Assembly: GCA_903876785.1 (NCBI GenBank) | Contig: CAIRBI010000170.1 | Span: 1 to 50,519 of the forward strand | DNA from: an uncultured Gammaproteobacteria bacterium | GTDB lineage: Bacteria; Pseudomonadota; Gammaproteobacteria; Pseudomonadales; Pseudohongiellaceae | Length of the DNA: 50,519 nt | Direction of reading: 5' to 3' | Shown: piece by piece, positions 31,125-41,825 of the stretch | Layout: each line of letters begins with the position of its first letter | Position numbering within the stretch: position 1 is the stretch's first letter | Position numbers and translations under genes: made by a program | The notes under the pieces: model-generated | The model's input: the letters and a program-made list of their open reading frames with translations, nothing else | Databases searched by the model: none | Told to the model about the DNA's origin: nothing

Positions 31125-33797
31125 TTAGAAGCCCGCACCAATTGTAAAATCGAAACTCTTTTCCTTGTCCCTTTCATTGCGGGTAAATGGCTTCGCGAGG
31201 TAAAACGTCAACGGACCGAAGGGCGACAAATAAGTCACACTGACACCCGCCGAATACCGGAACTCACCAAGATCAAAGTTGCTGCAATTGTTCAGCTGAC
31301 TTCGAGTTTGCGTGCAATTTGACGAGAAAACGTTACCTGCGTCAATGAAAAGCGACGAACGCACTCTGCTCCTGTCAGTAACAAACGGCAGAGGGAACAG
31401 TAATTCTACACTACCGGTGGTCAATATATTACCCCCAAAAGCGTCTAATTCCTGATTGAGCGCTATGCTTTCCACTGCAATTTTTACCTGCGGATTACCG
31501 CTGGCATCCAGCATCTGATTGCCATTCGCGTCGAGCACGGGCTCCGTTTCGTAACCAAAAAGATTCGGATCAATCTCCGCCATGCCGCTCTCGTCACGCA
31601 CGATGTTACCGTTCTCGTCTCGCAACAGGCTAGTGGATCCTGTCAGGAATCGACGCGGATCGGTGCTGCGCGGACCAAGACTGTTTTCTTCGAAACCACG
31701 CACAATTCCGTTCGCAGAAAGGCCGCCGGCAAAGAAATTCTGGAAGAATGGCAAGCCCGTGGTATTGCCGTAACCGCCACCGTAGCCAATATTGGCACGT
31801 CCCGCAAATACCCAATCTCCAAACAGCGGCCGGTAGAACTGACCGGAATAATTGAATTTGTAATATTCCAGATCACTGCCAGGCATGGTTATTTCAAACG
31901 ACAGTTGCTGGAACGTGCCATCGGTAGGCAACTGCCCTCTGTTCAATGTGCTGCGCAGCCAATTGGTGGAGAATGTTACATTGTCGAAGTCCGTGCCGTG
32001 CAGGTCGATGAAACCCTTATCCGGACTTAAACCCTGATACTCGATGGGCAATGCCGAGACTAGACCCGTCACGCCATCGAGCACAGGACCGTCAAATGGG
32101 TTGGCATTGGGGGCGCTGATTATATAACGATCAATACCCTCGAAGAATTTCGGACTCGACTCAATTTCCTGCACGGAAAACCCGCCCGAACTGAGCTCGG
32201 TATGGGTGTATCCAATATTGAATCCTATCTGCTGAACTTCACTGATAGGATAAGAAAAGTTGAAAGAGCCGCCGTAGGACTTGGTCGAAAAGCTGGCAAT
32301 ATTGAAGGGCGATTCTTCTTCCTGCAGGAAAACGTTGAAACCCCTGCTGACACCATCCGCTGTAAAATAGGGATCGAGATAATTGAAGTTCAGGCTTTTC
32401 TGGAAAGTACTCTTGTTGACGCCTATACCGACCGTGCGACCCGTACCGAGAAAATTCTGCGCTTCCAGTGCTGAGCTGACAAAAAAATCACCGCCGCCAC
32501 CGGAGCCGACGCTGAAGGAGATGTTGCTGAAGTTTTGCTCTTCTACCGTGTACTCCACGTCAACCTGATCTTCAGTGCCTGGCAACTCGATTGTCTCTAC
32601 CTCTACGGTAGAGAAATATCCCAGACGCTCCAGACGCACTTTCGACAATTCGATCAGCTGGCTTGAAGCGGGCGCACTCTCCAACTGCCGCATCTCACGC
32701 CGCAAGACATCGTCTGCTGTGGCGGTGTTGCCAACAAAATTGATTCGATTCACATAGGTTCTGTTACCAGGCTCCACGAAGAAGGTGACATCAACAGTCT
32801 TGTCCTCGTCATTGATCTCGGGAACACCGTTGACCTCAGCGAACGCGTAACCAAAGTTGCCCAGCACCTGGGTCATGTATTCTTCAGTCGCGGTGACCAG
32901 CGCCTGCGAAAATGTCTGGCCCGCGGCGACGACTGTGTAAGCACGCAGGATCGCCTCTGCATTCACCAGATCACCAGCCAGGTTGACTTCATTGACGACG
33001 TACTTCTCGCCCTCTGTCACGTTGATGGTGATATAGATCTGTTCGTTGTCAGGCGTGATAGAGATCGGCGTGGAATCAATATTGAACTGGACATAACCGT
33101 TGTCCATGTAATGGGAGGTGAGACGCTCAATGTCGCCTTCCAGCTGCTCACTCGAATATTTGTTTCGGCCACTGAGCGGCAGATACCAGGGTTTGACGCC
33201 GAGCTCGAAAAGGCGCAGCAATTCCTTGTCCTCAAAAGCGTCGTTACCAACGATATTGATGTACTGGATGCGGCTCTCTTTGCCCTCATTGACCGTCATG
33301 TTGATGGCCACACGATTACGCGGTTGCTCTTCAACTTCGATATCTACTGTGGTGCCATAACGTCCACGGCCTGAATAGACTTCCTGAATGCCCTGACGAA
33401 TCGCTTCGAGCGTCGCACGGGTAAAAATGCCGCCTTCGGTAATTTCCGCCGTGGTCATGTTTTCCAGAATGTCTTCTGTCTTCAGAACTTTGTTGCCGGT
33501 AATATTGATTTCACTGACCGAGGGGCGTTCCAGCACGGTTATGAACAGGACATTACCTTCGCGGGACACTTCGACTTCCTCGAAGTATTCTGAAGCGGTG
33601 ATGGCACGAATGATGTCGGCCGGCACCTGGTCACTGACCTCGTCACCGATTCCGACTGGCAACAAGCCAAACACGACACCTGAGGATATGCGCTGCAGTC
33701 CGTCAATCTGGATGTCTTCGATGACGAAGTTCTGCCCGTAGGCTGCTGTCGAAGCAATGCTCGACAGAATCAAGGTAGTCAATAAAGATCTATTCAT
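31125..33797 (-). CDS. bamA: Outer membrane protein assembly factor BamA, an enlarged 890-aa form.
   Basis: POTRA repeats (IEDIQIDGLQRIS..., INFVGN), the VRGF loop-6 motif (GIVRGFEENSLGP), and a C-terminal ...FDFTIGAGF. Confidence 0.97.
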   Translation of the reverse strand: MNRSLLTTLILSSIASTAAYGQNFVIEDIQIDGLQRISSGVVFGLLPVGIGDEVSDQVPADIIRAITASEYFEEVEVSREGNVLFITVLERPSVSEINITGNKVLKTEDILENMTTAEITEGGIFTRATLEAIRQGIQEVYSGRGRYGTTVDIEVEEQPRNRVAINMTVNEGKESRIQYINIVGNDAFEDKELLRLFELGVKPWYLPLSGRNKYSSEQLEGDIERLTSHYMDNGYVQFNIDSTPISITPDNEQIYITINVTEGEKYVVNEVNLAGDLVNAEAILRAYTVVAAGQTFSQALVTATEEYMTQVLGNFGYAFAEVNGVPEINDEDKTVDVTFFVEPGNRTYVNRINFVGNTATADDVLRREMRQLESAPASSQLIELSKVRLERLGYFSTVEVETIELPGTEDQVDVEYTVEEQNFSNISFSVGSGGGGDFFVSSALEAQNFLGTGRTVGIGVNKSTFQKSLNFNYLDPYFTADGVSRGFNVFLQEEESPFNIASFSTKSYGGSFNFSYPISEVQQIGFNIGYTHTELSSGGFSVQEIESSPKFFEGIDRYIISAPNANPFDGPVLDGVTGLVSALPIEYQGLSPDKGFIDLHGTDFDNVTFSTNWLRSTLNRGQLPTDGTFQQLSFEITMPGSDLEYYKFNYSGQFYRPLFGDWVFAGRANIGYGGGYGNTTGLPFFQNFFAGGLSANGIVRGFEENSLGPRSTDPRRFLTGSTSLLRDENGNIVRDESGMAEIDPNLFGYETEPVLDANGNQMLDASGNPQVKIAVESIALNQELDAFGGNILTTGSVELLFPLPFVTDRSRVRSSLFIDAGNVFSSNCTQTRSQLNNCSNFDLGEFRYSAGVSVTYLSPFGPLTFYLAKPFTRNERDKEKSFDFTIGAGF

Positions 33798-33887
33798 GAA
33801 TTTTCTTCAGACCTGAGCCTGATCGCTGATAATTTCGAATGGAAAGTAAGTGGTATACAGAGGGAACTCCGGGGTCACAGGAAACTG

Positions 33888-35279
33888 TCACAAGAGCCGA
33901 CTGACATCGTTATAAATCGCCAGAACCATGATGCCGGAAATCAGCAGCAGCCCCAGCTGCAGCCCCATTGCCTGCACCTTCTCTGGCACGGGACGTCGAA
34001 TAATGGCCTCTATTGCGTAGTACAACAGATGACCCCCGTCCAGCACCGGGATGGGCAACAAATTCAAAACTCCGAGGCTGATACTGAGCACTGCGAGAAA
34101 GCCGAGGTATACCTCAAGACCGTATGATGCCGTCTCGCCCGCCACCTGAGCGATGGTGATGGGACCACTGATGTTCTTCACGGAAATCAACCCGACCACC
34201 ATCTTCTTCATCGAGTCGAGCACGAACACGGATTTTTCCCAGGTTTCCTGCACAGCAGGCACTATGGCCGTCAGAACGTTGTAATTGACCTCGCGCACAC
34301 GCCCCTCGGGCAGACTGGCATAGAGATCGAATTCCTGGACATAGGCGCCAATGCGCCCGATCGGGCTCCCATCTTCGGCTGCGCTCAGCTCCGGCGTGAG
34401 GCTGAGAGTCACTTCTTCATTCCCCCGCTGCACAAGGACCTGTATCGGCACCTGCGGGTTTGCACGCACCAGTTGCACCCACTGCACCCAGTCGCTGATA
34501 GTGTCATCACCCGCCGCCAGAATGCGATCTCCAGCCCGCAAACCTGCAGCTTCTGCAGCACCACCGTCAACAACGCCTTCGATGACTGGCGGGATTTCAT
34601 ATTGCACGAAACCTAGCGAACTCAACGGATTGGGCTCGGCATTATCGGACTCCCAGCTCTGCAGAGGGATAATATATTCGCGAGCGGCACTGGCTCCCGC
34701 AGGAATGGCACTTATCTTCAACTCGCCGGTCTCACCGAGTCTGGCCAGCAGCTGCATGGTGACCTGCGTCCAGATCGTGGTCTCCACACCATCGATCGCG
34801 ACCAGCTCGTCTCCGGCGCGAAGCCCGGCCCGGTAAGCGGAAGAATCATTGACTACATTGGCCAGCACCGGGGCGGTGCCCGTGAGGCCATAGAGCACAT
34901 TGACGAACCAGAAGACGAAAATCGCGAGCAGGAAATTGGCCGCAGGGCCGGCGGCGACAATCGCCATGCGCTGCCAGAGGGGTTTGGAGGAAAACGAGAG
35001 GTGTTTCTGATTTTCCGGAATGTTGCCTTCATCGGCCACACTGGCGTCTTCCTGGCCCAGCATCTTGACGTAGCCACCCAATGGAATCGGAGCGATCACG
35101 TATTCGGTTCCGTCGCGCCCCACCCACGTCTTGACCGCCTTTCCAAACCCTATGGAAAAGCGCAAGACCTTGACGCCACAGCGGCGCGCAACCCAGAAAT
35201 GACCGAATTCGTGAATCGTCACCAAGATGCCAAGGGTGACGATCAGGGCAAGAATATTGATAACCAGTTGTTGAGCCAT
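33888..35279 (-). CDS. rseP: RIP zinc metalloprotease RseP.
   Basis: HEFGHFWVARRCGV, tandem PDZ regions, and NLLPIPVLDGGH. Confidence 0.95.
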   Translation of the reverse strand: MAQQLVINILALIVTLGILVTIHEFGHFWVARRCGVKVLRFSIGFGKAVKTWVGRDGTEYVIAPIPLGGYVKMLGQEDASVADEGNIPENQKHLSFSSKPLWQRMAIVAAGPAANFLLAIFVFWFVNVLYGLTGTAPVLANVVNDSSAYRAGLRAGDELVAIDGVETTIWTQVTMQLLARLGETGELKISAIPAGASAAREYIIPLQSWESDNAEPNPLSSLGFVQYEIPPVIEGVVDGGAAEAAGLRAGDRILAAGDDTISDWVQWVQLVRANPQVPIQVLVQRGNEEVTLSLTPELSAAEDGSPIGRIGAYVQEFDLYASLPEGRVREVNYNVLTAIVPAVQETWEKSVFVLDSMKKMVVGLISVKNISGPITIAQVAGETASYGLEVYLGFLAVLSISLGVLNLLPIPVLDGGHLLYYAIEAIIRRPVPEKVQAMGLQLGLLLISGIMVLAIYNDVSRLL

Positions 35280-35284
35280 ATTGA

Positions 35285-36556
35285 TTACTGCTTCCAACCT
35301 GAGGGTGCGGACAAGCCATTACCCAGTTCCGTTTCGGTGATTATCCGCCGCGCAGCTGCCCTTGCCTGCTCATCAGCCAGCCGAATGATATCGATAGTGT
35401 CCGCTCGGTCACAAGACATTTGTGCCAGCACGCCTGCGATGATAGCAGGAATGTCCGTGAAACTGATCTTGCCGCTCAAAAAAGACTCCACCGCTACTTC
35501 GTTGGCAGCATTGAGAATTGTGGGCGCTGTGCCACCTCGGGCGGCAGCCTCCATCCCCAGCCGCAAGCAGGGGAAACGCTCCAGATCAGGTGTAAAAAAC
35601 TGCAGGTCCGCTTGTCGGGTCAAGTCCAGAAAAGAGGCCCCGGAACTGATGCGCTCGGGCCACGCCAGGCTGTAGGCTATGGGGATTCGCATGTCTGGGC
35701 TGCCAAGCTGGGCGATCACCGACCCATCCAGGTATTCGACCATCGAATGCACAATGCTCTGCGGATGTATCAATACCTCTACATGCTCCGGCCCCACACC
35801 GAACAGGAAGCAGGCTTCGATAATCTCAAGGCCTTTGTTCATCATGGTTGCAGAATCCACGGAAATCTTTCTGCCCATTTCCCAGTTGGGATGCCGACAC
35901 GCCTGCTCGGGTGTGACATTGCCGAATTGTTCCACGGGCAGTGTCCTGAACGGACCACCCGACGCCGTCAATATCACCCTGCGTACGCCCTGCCCTCGAA
36001 TGTCGCCACCGGCATGACGTGATTCGGGGGGAAGACACTGAAAGACCGCATTGTGTTCACTGTCAATCGGCAACAATACTGCATCGCTCGCGGCCAGAGT
36101 GCGCATGAACAACTCTCCGGCCATTACCAGCGCCTCCTTGTTGGCAAGCAGCACTTTCTTGGAATGCTCAACGGCGGCAAGAGTAGGTGGCAACCCGGCA
36201 CTGCCTACAATTGCGGCCATCACCGTGTCTGCGTCCGGGTGCGTAGCGACCTCAACCAAGGCTGTCTCGCCACTGAGAACCTGCGTAGAGCTGCCAGCCA
36301 TTCGCAGTGCGTTGGCCAATTGTTCGGCAGCAGTGCTATCTACCATCACTGCGAAGCGTGGCTGAAATCTTACGCACTGCTCCAGCATGACGGGAACGCT
36401 GCTGTTGGCTGTGAGAGCAAATACGCGATATCCGGGGTGCAGCGCGATGACTTCCAAAGTGCTCTTGCCAATCGAACCAGTCGATCCAAGAACGGTGATA
36501 CTGGCGCTCTGTCTGCCAGCAGGAGGGGATAAAACATTAGCGAAGCTTATTGCCAT
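35285..36556 (-). CDS. dxr: 1-deoxy-D-xylulose 5-phosphate reductoisomerase.
   Basis: [26 protein letters not shown] and [13 protein letters not shown]. The 595-aa track ORF is an artefactual extension through cdsA. The ATG at 36556 overlaps the cdsA stop by 10 nt. Confidence 0.93.
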   Translation of the reverse strand: MAISFANVLSPPAGRQSASITVLGSTGSIGKSTLEVIALHPGYRVFALTANSSVPVMLEQCVRFQPRFAVMVDSTAAEQLANALRMAGSSTQVLSGETALVEVATHPDADTVMAAIVGSAGLPPTLAAVEHSKKVLLANKEALVMAGELFMRTLAASDAVLLPIDSEHNAVFQCLPPESRHAGGDIRGQGVRRVILTASGGPFRTLPVEQFGNVTPEQACRHPNWEMGRKISVDSATMMNKGLEIIEACFLFGVGPEHVEVLIHPQSIVHSMVEYLDGSVIAQLGSPDMRIPIAYSLAWPERISSGASFLDLTRQADLQFFTPDLERFPCLRLGMEAAARGGTAPTILNAANEVAVESFLSGKISFTDIPAIIAGVLAQMSCDRADTIDIIRLADEQARAAARRIITETELGNGLSAPSGWKQ

Positions 36557-37416
36557 GATACGTCTTTCATCAAAATCATCAGTGAAAACACAAACACCGG
36601 AGCCGCTGAAGTAAGGCTGTCGATACGATCCAGCACGCCACCGTGCCCGGGCAGAGCACGCCCGCTGTCCTTGAGCCCTTGACTGCGTTTGAGCATGCTC
36701 TCGAAGAGATCGCCAACGACACTGAAAACTGCCACCAATTGCACAATCGCCAGCAACACAATCACCATTGGAACAGTAAGAGGCGTGACAAAACGATGCA
36801 AGGGAATCAGCAACAGCGCTGTCAGTATCAGGCAGGCGCAAAGCCCACCCCAGAAGCCCTCCCAGGATTTGCCGGGGCTTAGCGCGGGCGCAAGCTTCCT
36901 TCGCCCCCAGGCCCTGCCCGTGAAGTAGGCGCCTATATCGACGACACTCACCAGAGCTATCAGAGCAAATACGAGCGATCCACGCGGGTCGAGATATTTC
37001 AGCTGCACCAAGGCACACCAGGCCGGGGCCAACGTAAGAAGGCCTATCAAGGCTGTTTGCGGCCGATTGCACCAGCGGTCATGATTTTCAGGATATCCCC
37101 AGAGCAGAGTCATGGCATAGAGCCAAAAGACCACGCCAGCTCCGCACACCAGCAAGACCGTGTCACGATTCAGGACCGCAGCATCAGACTGCAAGCCGAC
37201 GAACCAGCCAAGCAGGACAAGCGTGAGAGCAAAGCAGGAAACATAGAGGATGCGCGCAGTCAGGCTGACGAGCCCCATCAGGCTGGTCCACTCCACCACC
37301 CCGACCATCAAGACCAGACTCATGAACAGCGCAAAGTGGAAGGCAGACAGCCATGCAGTCGCCAGGTAGAGCACTGCCAGCATCACCAGCGCAGTGATCA
37401 CTCTGGTCTTAAGCAC
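36547..37416 (-). CDS. cdsA: Phosphatidate cytidylyltransferase.
   Basis: (M)[16 protein letters not shown]-terminus, multi-TM body, and the signature [29 protein letters not shown] infer a GTG start at 37416 that overlaps the uppS stop by 8 nt. Confidence 0.88.
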   Translation of the reverse strand: MLKTRVITALVMLAVLYLATAWLSAFHFALFMSLVLMVGVVEWTSLMGLVSLTARILYVSCFALTLVLLGWFVGLQSDAAVLNRDTVLLVCGAGVVFWLYAMTLLWGYPENHDRWCNRPQTALIGLLTLAPAWCALVQLKYLDPRGSLVFALIALVSVVDIGAYFTGRAWGRRKLAPALSPGKSWEGFWGGLCACLILTALLLIPLHRFVTPLTVPMVIVLLAIVQLVAVFSVVGDLFESMLKRSQGLKDSGRALPGHGGVLDRIDSLTSAAPVFVFSLMILMKDVSWQ

Positions 37417-38197
37417 TGCGCTCACTCCCAAGAACGGGCAGCTCGTCGCTGTGCGAAGGTGAATCTGTCTGACCATAGCGACGTTGACGTTTGCGATAAT
37501 CCTGCATCGCCGCTTCAAAATGATTGTCGTCAAAATCCGGCCAGTAACAGTCAGTAAAGTACAGCTCGGTATAGGCAAACTGCCAGAGCAGGAAGTTGCT
37601 TATCCTGCTCTCACCCCCGGTGCGGATACACAAATCAGGCATCGGGTACTGTCCGAGGCAAATATGTTTCTGTATGGTGCCGGCATCCACATCACTAGCG
37701 CGCAAGGTGCCCTGTTCTACCTGCTCGGCGATCTGCCGGGCGGCATTGGCAATATCCCATTGCCCGCCGTAGTCTGCGGCCACGGTCACTACTGTACCAG
37801 TGTTGCCAGCTGTCAGCACTTCTACATCCCGCATATGATCCTGCAGTTTGGCGGAGAAGCTCGCACGATTGCCAATGAATTGCAGACGCACATTATTGTT
37901 GTGCATCTGCTTGATTTCCTGACGCTTGAGAACAGCAAGGAACAGTGCCATAAGCCCCTTCACTTCCTTGTTGGGGCGCAGCCAGTTTTCGCTGCTGAAC
38001 GCAAAGAGTGTCAAATAAGGAATCTGGCGCTGCACGCAGGAATACACGACCTGCCGTGCCGCTTCGGCGCCGGCCCGGTGGCCTGCCGAACCTGAAACGC
38101 CATTTACCCTGGCCCAGCGATTATTACCATCCATGATCACTGCAATATGTCGGGGCAACTCACCCTTCGCAAGCTGCGTGGAGCTTTCTGTATGCAT
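37409..38197 (-). CDS. uppS: Ditrans,polycis-undecaprenyl-diphosphate synthase.
   Basis: PRHIAVIMDGNNRWA, TLFAFSSENW, and IRTGGESRISNFLLWQ. Confidence 0.95.
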   Translation of the reverse strand: MHTESSTQLAKGELPRHIAVIMDGNNRWARVNGVSGSAGHRAGAEAARQVVYSCVQRQIPYLTLFAFSSENWLRPNKEVKGLMALFLAVLKRQEIKQMHNNNVRLQFIGNRASFSAKLQDHMRDVEVLTAGNTGTVVTVAADYGGQWDIANAARQIAEQVEQGTLRASDVDAGTIQKHICLGQYPMPDLCIRTGGESRISNFLLWQFAYTELYFTDCYWPDFDDNHFEAAMQDYRKRQRRYGQTDSPSHSDELPVLGSERSA

Positions 38198-38251
38198 CAG
38201 ACGTCTATGTCTCTAATGATATTTGTATTGTGAACCATCAAATGCGACCGC

Positions 38252-38809
38252 CTACATAGACAACAAATCTGCTTCTTTGACGCCGTAACTGGAATCAACG
38301 GCAGCAATATATTTGTCAGTCAACTTCTGAATTTTTTCCTCTGCCCGGCGCTGCTCATCTTCACTGATGGCCTTCTCTTTCAGCAAATCCTTCAGGTCAC
38401 CATTGGCATCACGACGAATATTGCGCACAGCAACGCGTGCATTCTCGGCTTCGGACTTGGCTTGTTTGGTGTATTCGCGGCGGGTTTCCTCTGTCAGTGC
38501 CGGCATTGGCACTCGGATAGACTCACCGTTATTGGACGGGTTCAAGCCGAGATCCGCCTTCATGATGGAACGCTCTACCTCGGAGATCAATGGTCTCTCC
38601 CACGGAACAACCACCAGACAACGTCCATCCTCAACCGTGATATTGGCGAGCTGGCTGAGCGGGGTCTCGGCTCCGTAGTATGGCACCATGACGGTATCGA
38701 GCAGGCTTGGATGCGCTCGACCAGTTCTGATTTTCTTGAAAGCAGTCTCGAGTGCGACAAGACTCTTTTCCATGCGTTGTTCCGCGTCTTTGATAATGTC
38801 TTCAATCAT
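38252..38809 (-). CDS. frr: Ribosome recycling factor.
   Basis: RTGRAHPSLLD, and NIRRDAN. 185 aa. Confidence 0.98.
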   Translation of the reverse strand: MIEDIIKDAEQRMEKSLVALETAFKKIRTGRAHPSLLDTVMVPYYGAETPLSQLANITVEDGRCLVVVPWERPLISEVERSIMKADLGLNPSNNGESIRVPMPALTEETRREYTKQAKSEAENARVAVRNIRRDANGDLKDLLKEKAISEDEQRRAEEKIQKLTDKYIAAVDSSYGVKEADLLSM

Positions 38810-38841
38810 CTCGCTTTCCCCATCGGATTGGGCTGGTCTGT

Positions 38842-39588
38842 TTATTCGGCAAAAATATTTTCGATAATGGTGCCATCACCCGGCCCCATTACATTGTTGA
38901 GAAGAGCACCGGGCCTGTTCATGTTGAATACTCTTACCGGGATATCGTGCTCGCGGATCAGCGCTATGGCAGTAAGGTCCATAACTCCAAGCTTTTTGTC
39001 CAGCACCTCGTCGAAACTCAAGCGATCATACTTGACCGCATCGGGCACCAGCTTCGGATCGGCAGAATACACACCGTCTACCTTGGTGGCCTTGAGGATC
39101 AATTCAGCGTCGATTTCTATGCCGCGCAGACAAGCAGCTGAGTCAGTTGTGAAAAAAGGATTACCTGTCCCTGCTGCAAAAATGACCACATCTCCCGCGC
39201 GCAGATGACGTATGGCGGTACGACGGTCATAGTGCTCAACTACACCACTCATCGGAATCGCTGACATGACGCGAGTGGCTATACTCGCACGCTCCAGTGC
39301 ATCACGCATTGCGAGAGCGTTCATCACAGTGGCCAGCATTCCCATGTGATCGCCGGTCACGCGCTCCATTCCGGCGGCGCTCAAGGCGGCTCCCCGGAAC
39401 AGATTGCCACCGCCGATGACCATGCCGATCTGCACGCCGAGGCCAACCAGCTGGCCAACCTCGACTGCCATGCGATCCAGCACCTTTGGATCGATGCCGA
39501 AATCCGCATCACCCATCAGTGCTTCACCGCTGAGTTTCAGGAGAATGCGCTTGTACTTTCTATCGAGCTTGGCCATGGGCGAATGCAT
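38842..39588 (-). CDS. pyrH: UMP kinase.
   Basis: [23 protein letters not shown], and [15 protein letters not shown]. Confidence 0.97.
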   Translation of the reverse strand: MHSPMAKLDRKYKRILLKLSGEALMGDADFGIDPKVLDRMAVEVGQLVGLGVQIGMVIGGGNLFRGAALSAAGMERVTGDHMGMLATVMNALAMRDALERASIATRVMSAIPMSGVVEHYDRRTAIRHLRAGDVVIFAAGTGNPFFTTDSAACLRGIEIDAELILKATKVDGVYSADPKLVPDAVKYDRLSFDEVLDKKLGVMDLTAIALIREHDIPVRVFNMNRPGALLNNVMGPGDGTIIENIFAE

Positions 39589-39615
39589 CCTGTGAGAGGT
39601 TCGAGTTACCTGATG

Positions 39616-40485
39616 TTACAGACCTGCTGCAGCCGCAACTTCCTGCGCAAAATCTACTTCTTCTTTCTCGATCCCTTCACCCACTTCGTAGCGGATGAAG
39701 CTGGCCACATCGGCACCAGCCTTCTTCAACAAGGCTGCCACGGTGATTTCGCCATCCTTGACGAACGGCTGATCAAGCAGGCTGACTTCTGCCACGAACT
39801 TGCGCAGACGACCCTGAATCATCTTCTCGATGATTTCTTCCGGCTTGCCGCTCTCTCTTGCCTGAGCGGAATAGATTTCTGCCTCTTTGGCCAACAATTC
39901 CTTGGGCACGTCATCCGAGCGCACCACCAGCGGATTCACGGCTGCAACATGCATGGCAATGTCTTTTGCCAGAACATCGCTGCCACCGCTCAGTGCAACC
40001 ATGACTGCGATACGGTTGTTGCTGTGCACGTAAGCATCGACCACACCATTGCTGGCTGCTTCCACCAACTGAATGCGGCGCACATTGATGTTTTCGCCGA
40101 TCTTCTGCACCAGTGCTTCACGGGCATTCTCCAGATCACCCGCCATCAGAGCGGCAACGTCAGCCTGCTTGGTCTTGAAAGCCTGTTCGAGAATGGTATT
40201 CGCAAAATTCAGGAAATTGCTGTCGCGCGCCACAAAGTCAGTTTCGCTGTTCACTTCGAGGATGATGCCATACTTGCCATCGGCGGCAACCTTGGTCATC
40301 ACGATGCCTTCCGCAGCAATACGGCCTGCTTTCTTGGCAGCTTTCATACCGCTGGCCTTACGCAGATCATCGATTGCTTTTTCCATGTCACCGTCGGCCT
40401 CAACCAGCGCCTTCTTGCAGTCCATCATGCCCAAGCCAGTACGCTCACGCAGTTCCTTAACCATTCCCGCCGTAATATTCGCCAT
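39616..40485 (-). CDS. tsf: Elongation factor Ts.
   Basis: [24 protein letters not shown], and ETDFVARD. Confidence 0.98.
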   Translation of the reverse strand: MANITAGMVKELRERTGLGMMDCKKALVEADGDMEKAIDDLRKASGMKAAKKAGRIAAEGIVMTKVAADGKYGIILEVNSETDFVARDSNFLNFANTILEQAFKTKQADVAALMAGDLENAREALVQKIGENINVRRIQLVEAASNGVVDAYVHSNNRIAVMVALSGGSDVLAKDIAMHVAAVNPLVVRSDDVPKELLAKEAEIYSAQARESGKPEEIIEKMIQGRLRKFVAEVSLLDQPFVKDGEITVAALLKKAGADVASFIRYEVGEGIEKEEVDFAQEVAAAAGL

Positions 40486-40552
40486 TTTCCTGCCCCTATC
40501 TATTCTGGAGTAAATTCAATTATTCAATTCGGACTTTAAAAATTCAGACTTT

Positions 40553-40578
40553 TAAAAAAAGGGGCCTAGCCCCTCTTT
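40553..40578 (-). terminator. Intrinsic terminator/attenuator between rpsB and tsf.
   Basis: The minus strand reads AGAGGGGC-UAG-GCCCCU followed by UUUUUUUAAAAG (plus-strand aaaaaaaggggcctagcccctct). An rpsB-tsf attenuator is known in E. coli. Confidence 0.7.
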
Positions 40579-40687
40579 TATGTTGCAACACGCGGATACA
40601 CAGACCCTTCGTGAGCAAAGATTGCCCCGGCGAATTGAGACGCTGCAGTCAACAACTGCAGCAACTCAGCCAAAGACTTGTGGAGTT

Positions 40688-41467
40688 TTACGCGCCAGCA
40701 GCTGCACTTCCTGCAGACTCTGCTGCATCGGCAACCTGAGACTCATTGACTTCGATGAACTCACTGTCACTCACAACAACATTCAGGTCACCACGACCTT
40801 CAATGCAGGCGTCTGCAACGGCACGCGCATACAGCTCGATCGCGCGAATAGCGTCGTCATTGCCAGGGATCGGGTAGTCAATGCCATCCGGATTGCTGTT
40901 GGTATCGACGATACCGATAACCGGGATGCCAAGATTATTGGCTTCGGTGATCGCAATGCGCTCGTGATCAACGTCGATTACAAACAGCGCATCTGGCAGG
41001 CCGCCCATATCCTTGATCCCGCCGATACTGCGCTCAAGCTTCTCTTTTGCGCGACGAAGAACCAATGCTTCTTTCTTGGTCATGCGATCGAAAGTGCCGT
41101 CAGCTTCCTGAGCTTCGAGGTCACGCAGCTTCTTGATCGAGCCACGAATGGTTTTGTAATTGGTGAGCATGCCGCCCAACCAGCGGTGATCCACGAAGGG
41201 CATGCCTGCACGTTCTGCCTGCTCTTTGATGATCTTGCCTGCGGCTCTCTTGGTGCCGACGAAAAGTACTTTCTTCTTCTTGGCAGCAAGACTCTGAACC
41301 TGCACCAGTGCAGCGTTCAGGGCTGGAACAGTGTGTTCCAGGTTGATGATGTGAATCTTGTTGCGGGCGCCGAATATGAATTTCTTCATCTTCGGGTTCC
41401 AGTAGCGAGCCTGGTGACCGAAGTGCACGCCAGCTTTGAGCATTTCCTTCATTGAAACAGTAGCCAT
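40688..41467 (-). CDS. rpsB: 30S ribosomal protein S2.
   Basis: [24 protein letters not shown], and [23 protein letters not shown]. Confidence 0.98.
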   Translation of the reverse strand: MATVSMKEMLKAGVHFGHQARYWNPKMKKFIFGARNKIHIINLEHTVPALNAALVQVQSLAAKKKKVLFVGTKRAAGKIIKEQAERAGMPFVDHRWLGGMLTNYKTIRGSIKKLRDLEAQEADGTFDRMTKKEALVLRRAKEKLERSIGGIKDMGGLPDALFVIDVDHERIAITEANNLGIPVIGIVDTNSNPDGIDYPIPGNDDAIRAIELYARAVADACIEGRGDLNVVVSDSEFIEVNESQVADAAESAGSAAAGA

Positions 41468-41643
41468 GATATTTCCTGTATTTTAGGGTTAAGCCTCCAC
41501 ACACCCCATGGTTTAACCTTGAATCCGGCTGCGGATCCCAGGCACCCAAAACACATGTGACGGTGTATGTGCGACATTGGTTGACTTACATTTTGCAACT
41601 TTATCGGGTCCATGACCCACAAAGCGCGCAGCTTTATACCACA
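41468..41643 (-). promoter_or_regulatory. rpsB extended -10 promoter plus a 5' leader of about 155 nt.
   Basis: The minus strand at 41643-41633 reads TGTGGTATAAA (TGn extended -10 plus TATAAA). As I recall, this is the same architecture and similar leader length as the autoregulated E. coli rpsB leader. Confidence 0.45.
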
Positions 41644-41825
41644 ACACACCCAGGACATAAAGCTCCCAGGCATGATTCAACATCCTCACACCACGGTGAT
41701 TGTGCGCTCCCCCCGGACGGCTGCCTGTCATTCGGCAATGTCCTGCTTTACAATAGCTGCGGCTACGGACCTTCGAAAGAAGATGCCCCAATCTACGGAA
41801 AAAAAGCGAGAACATCTATCGAGTT

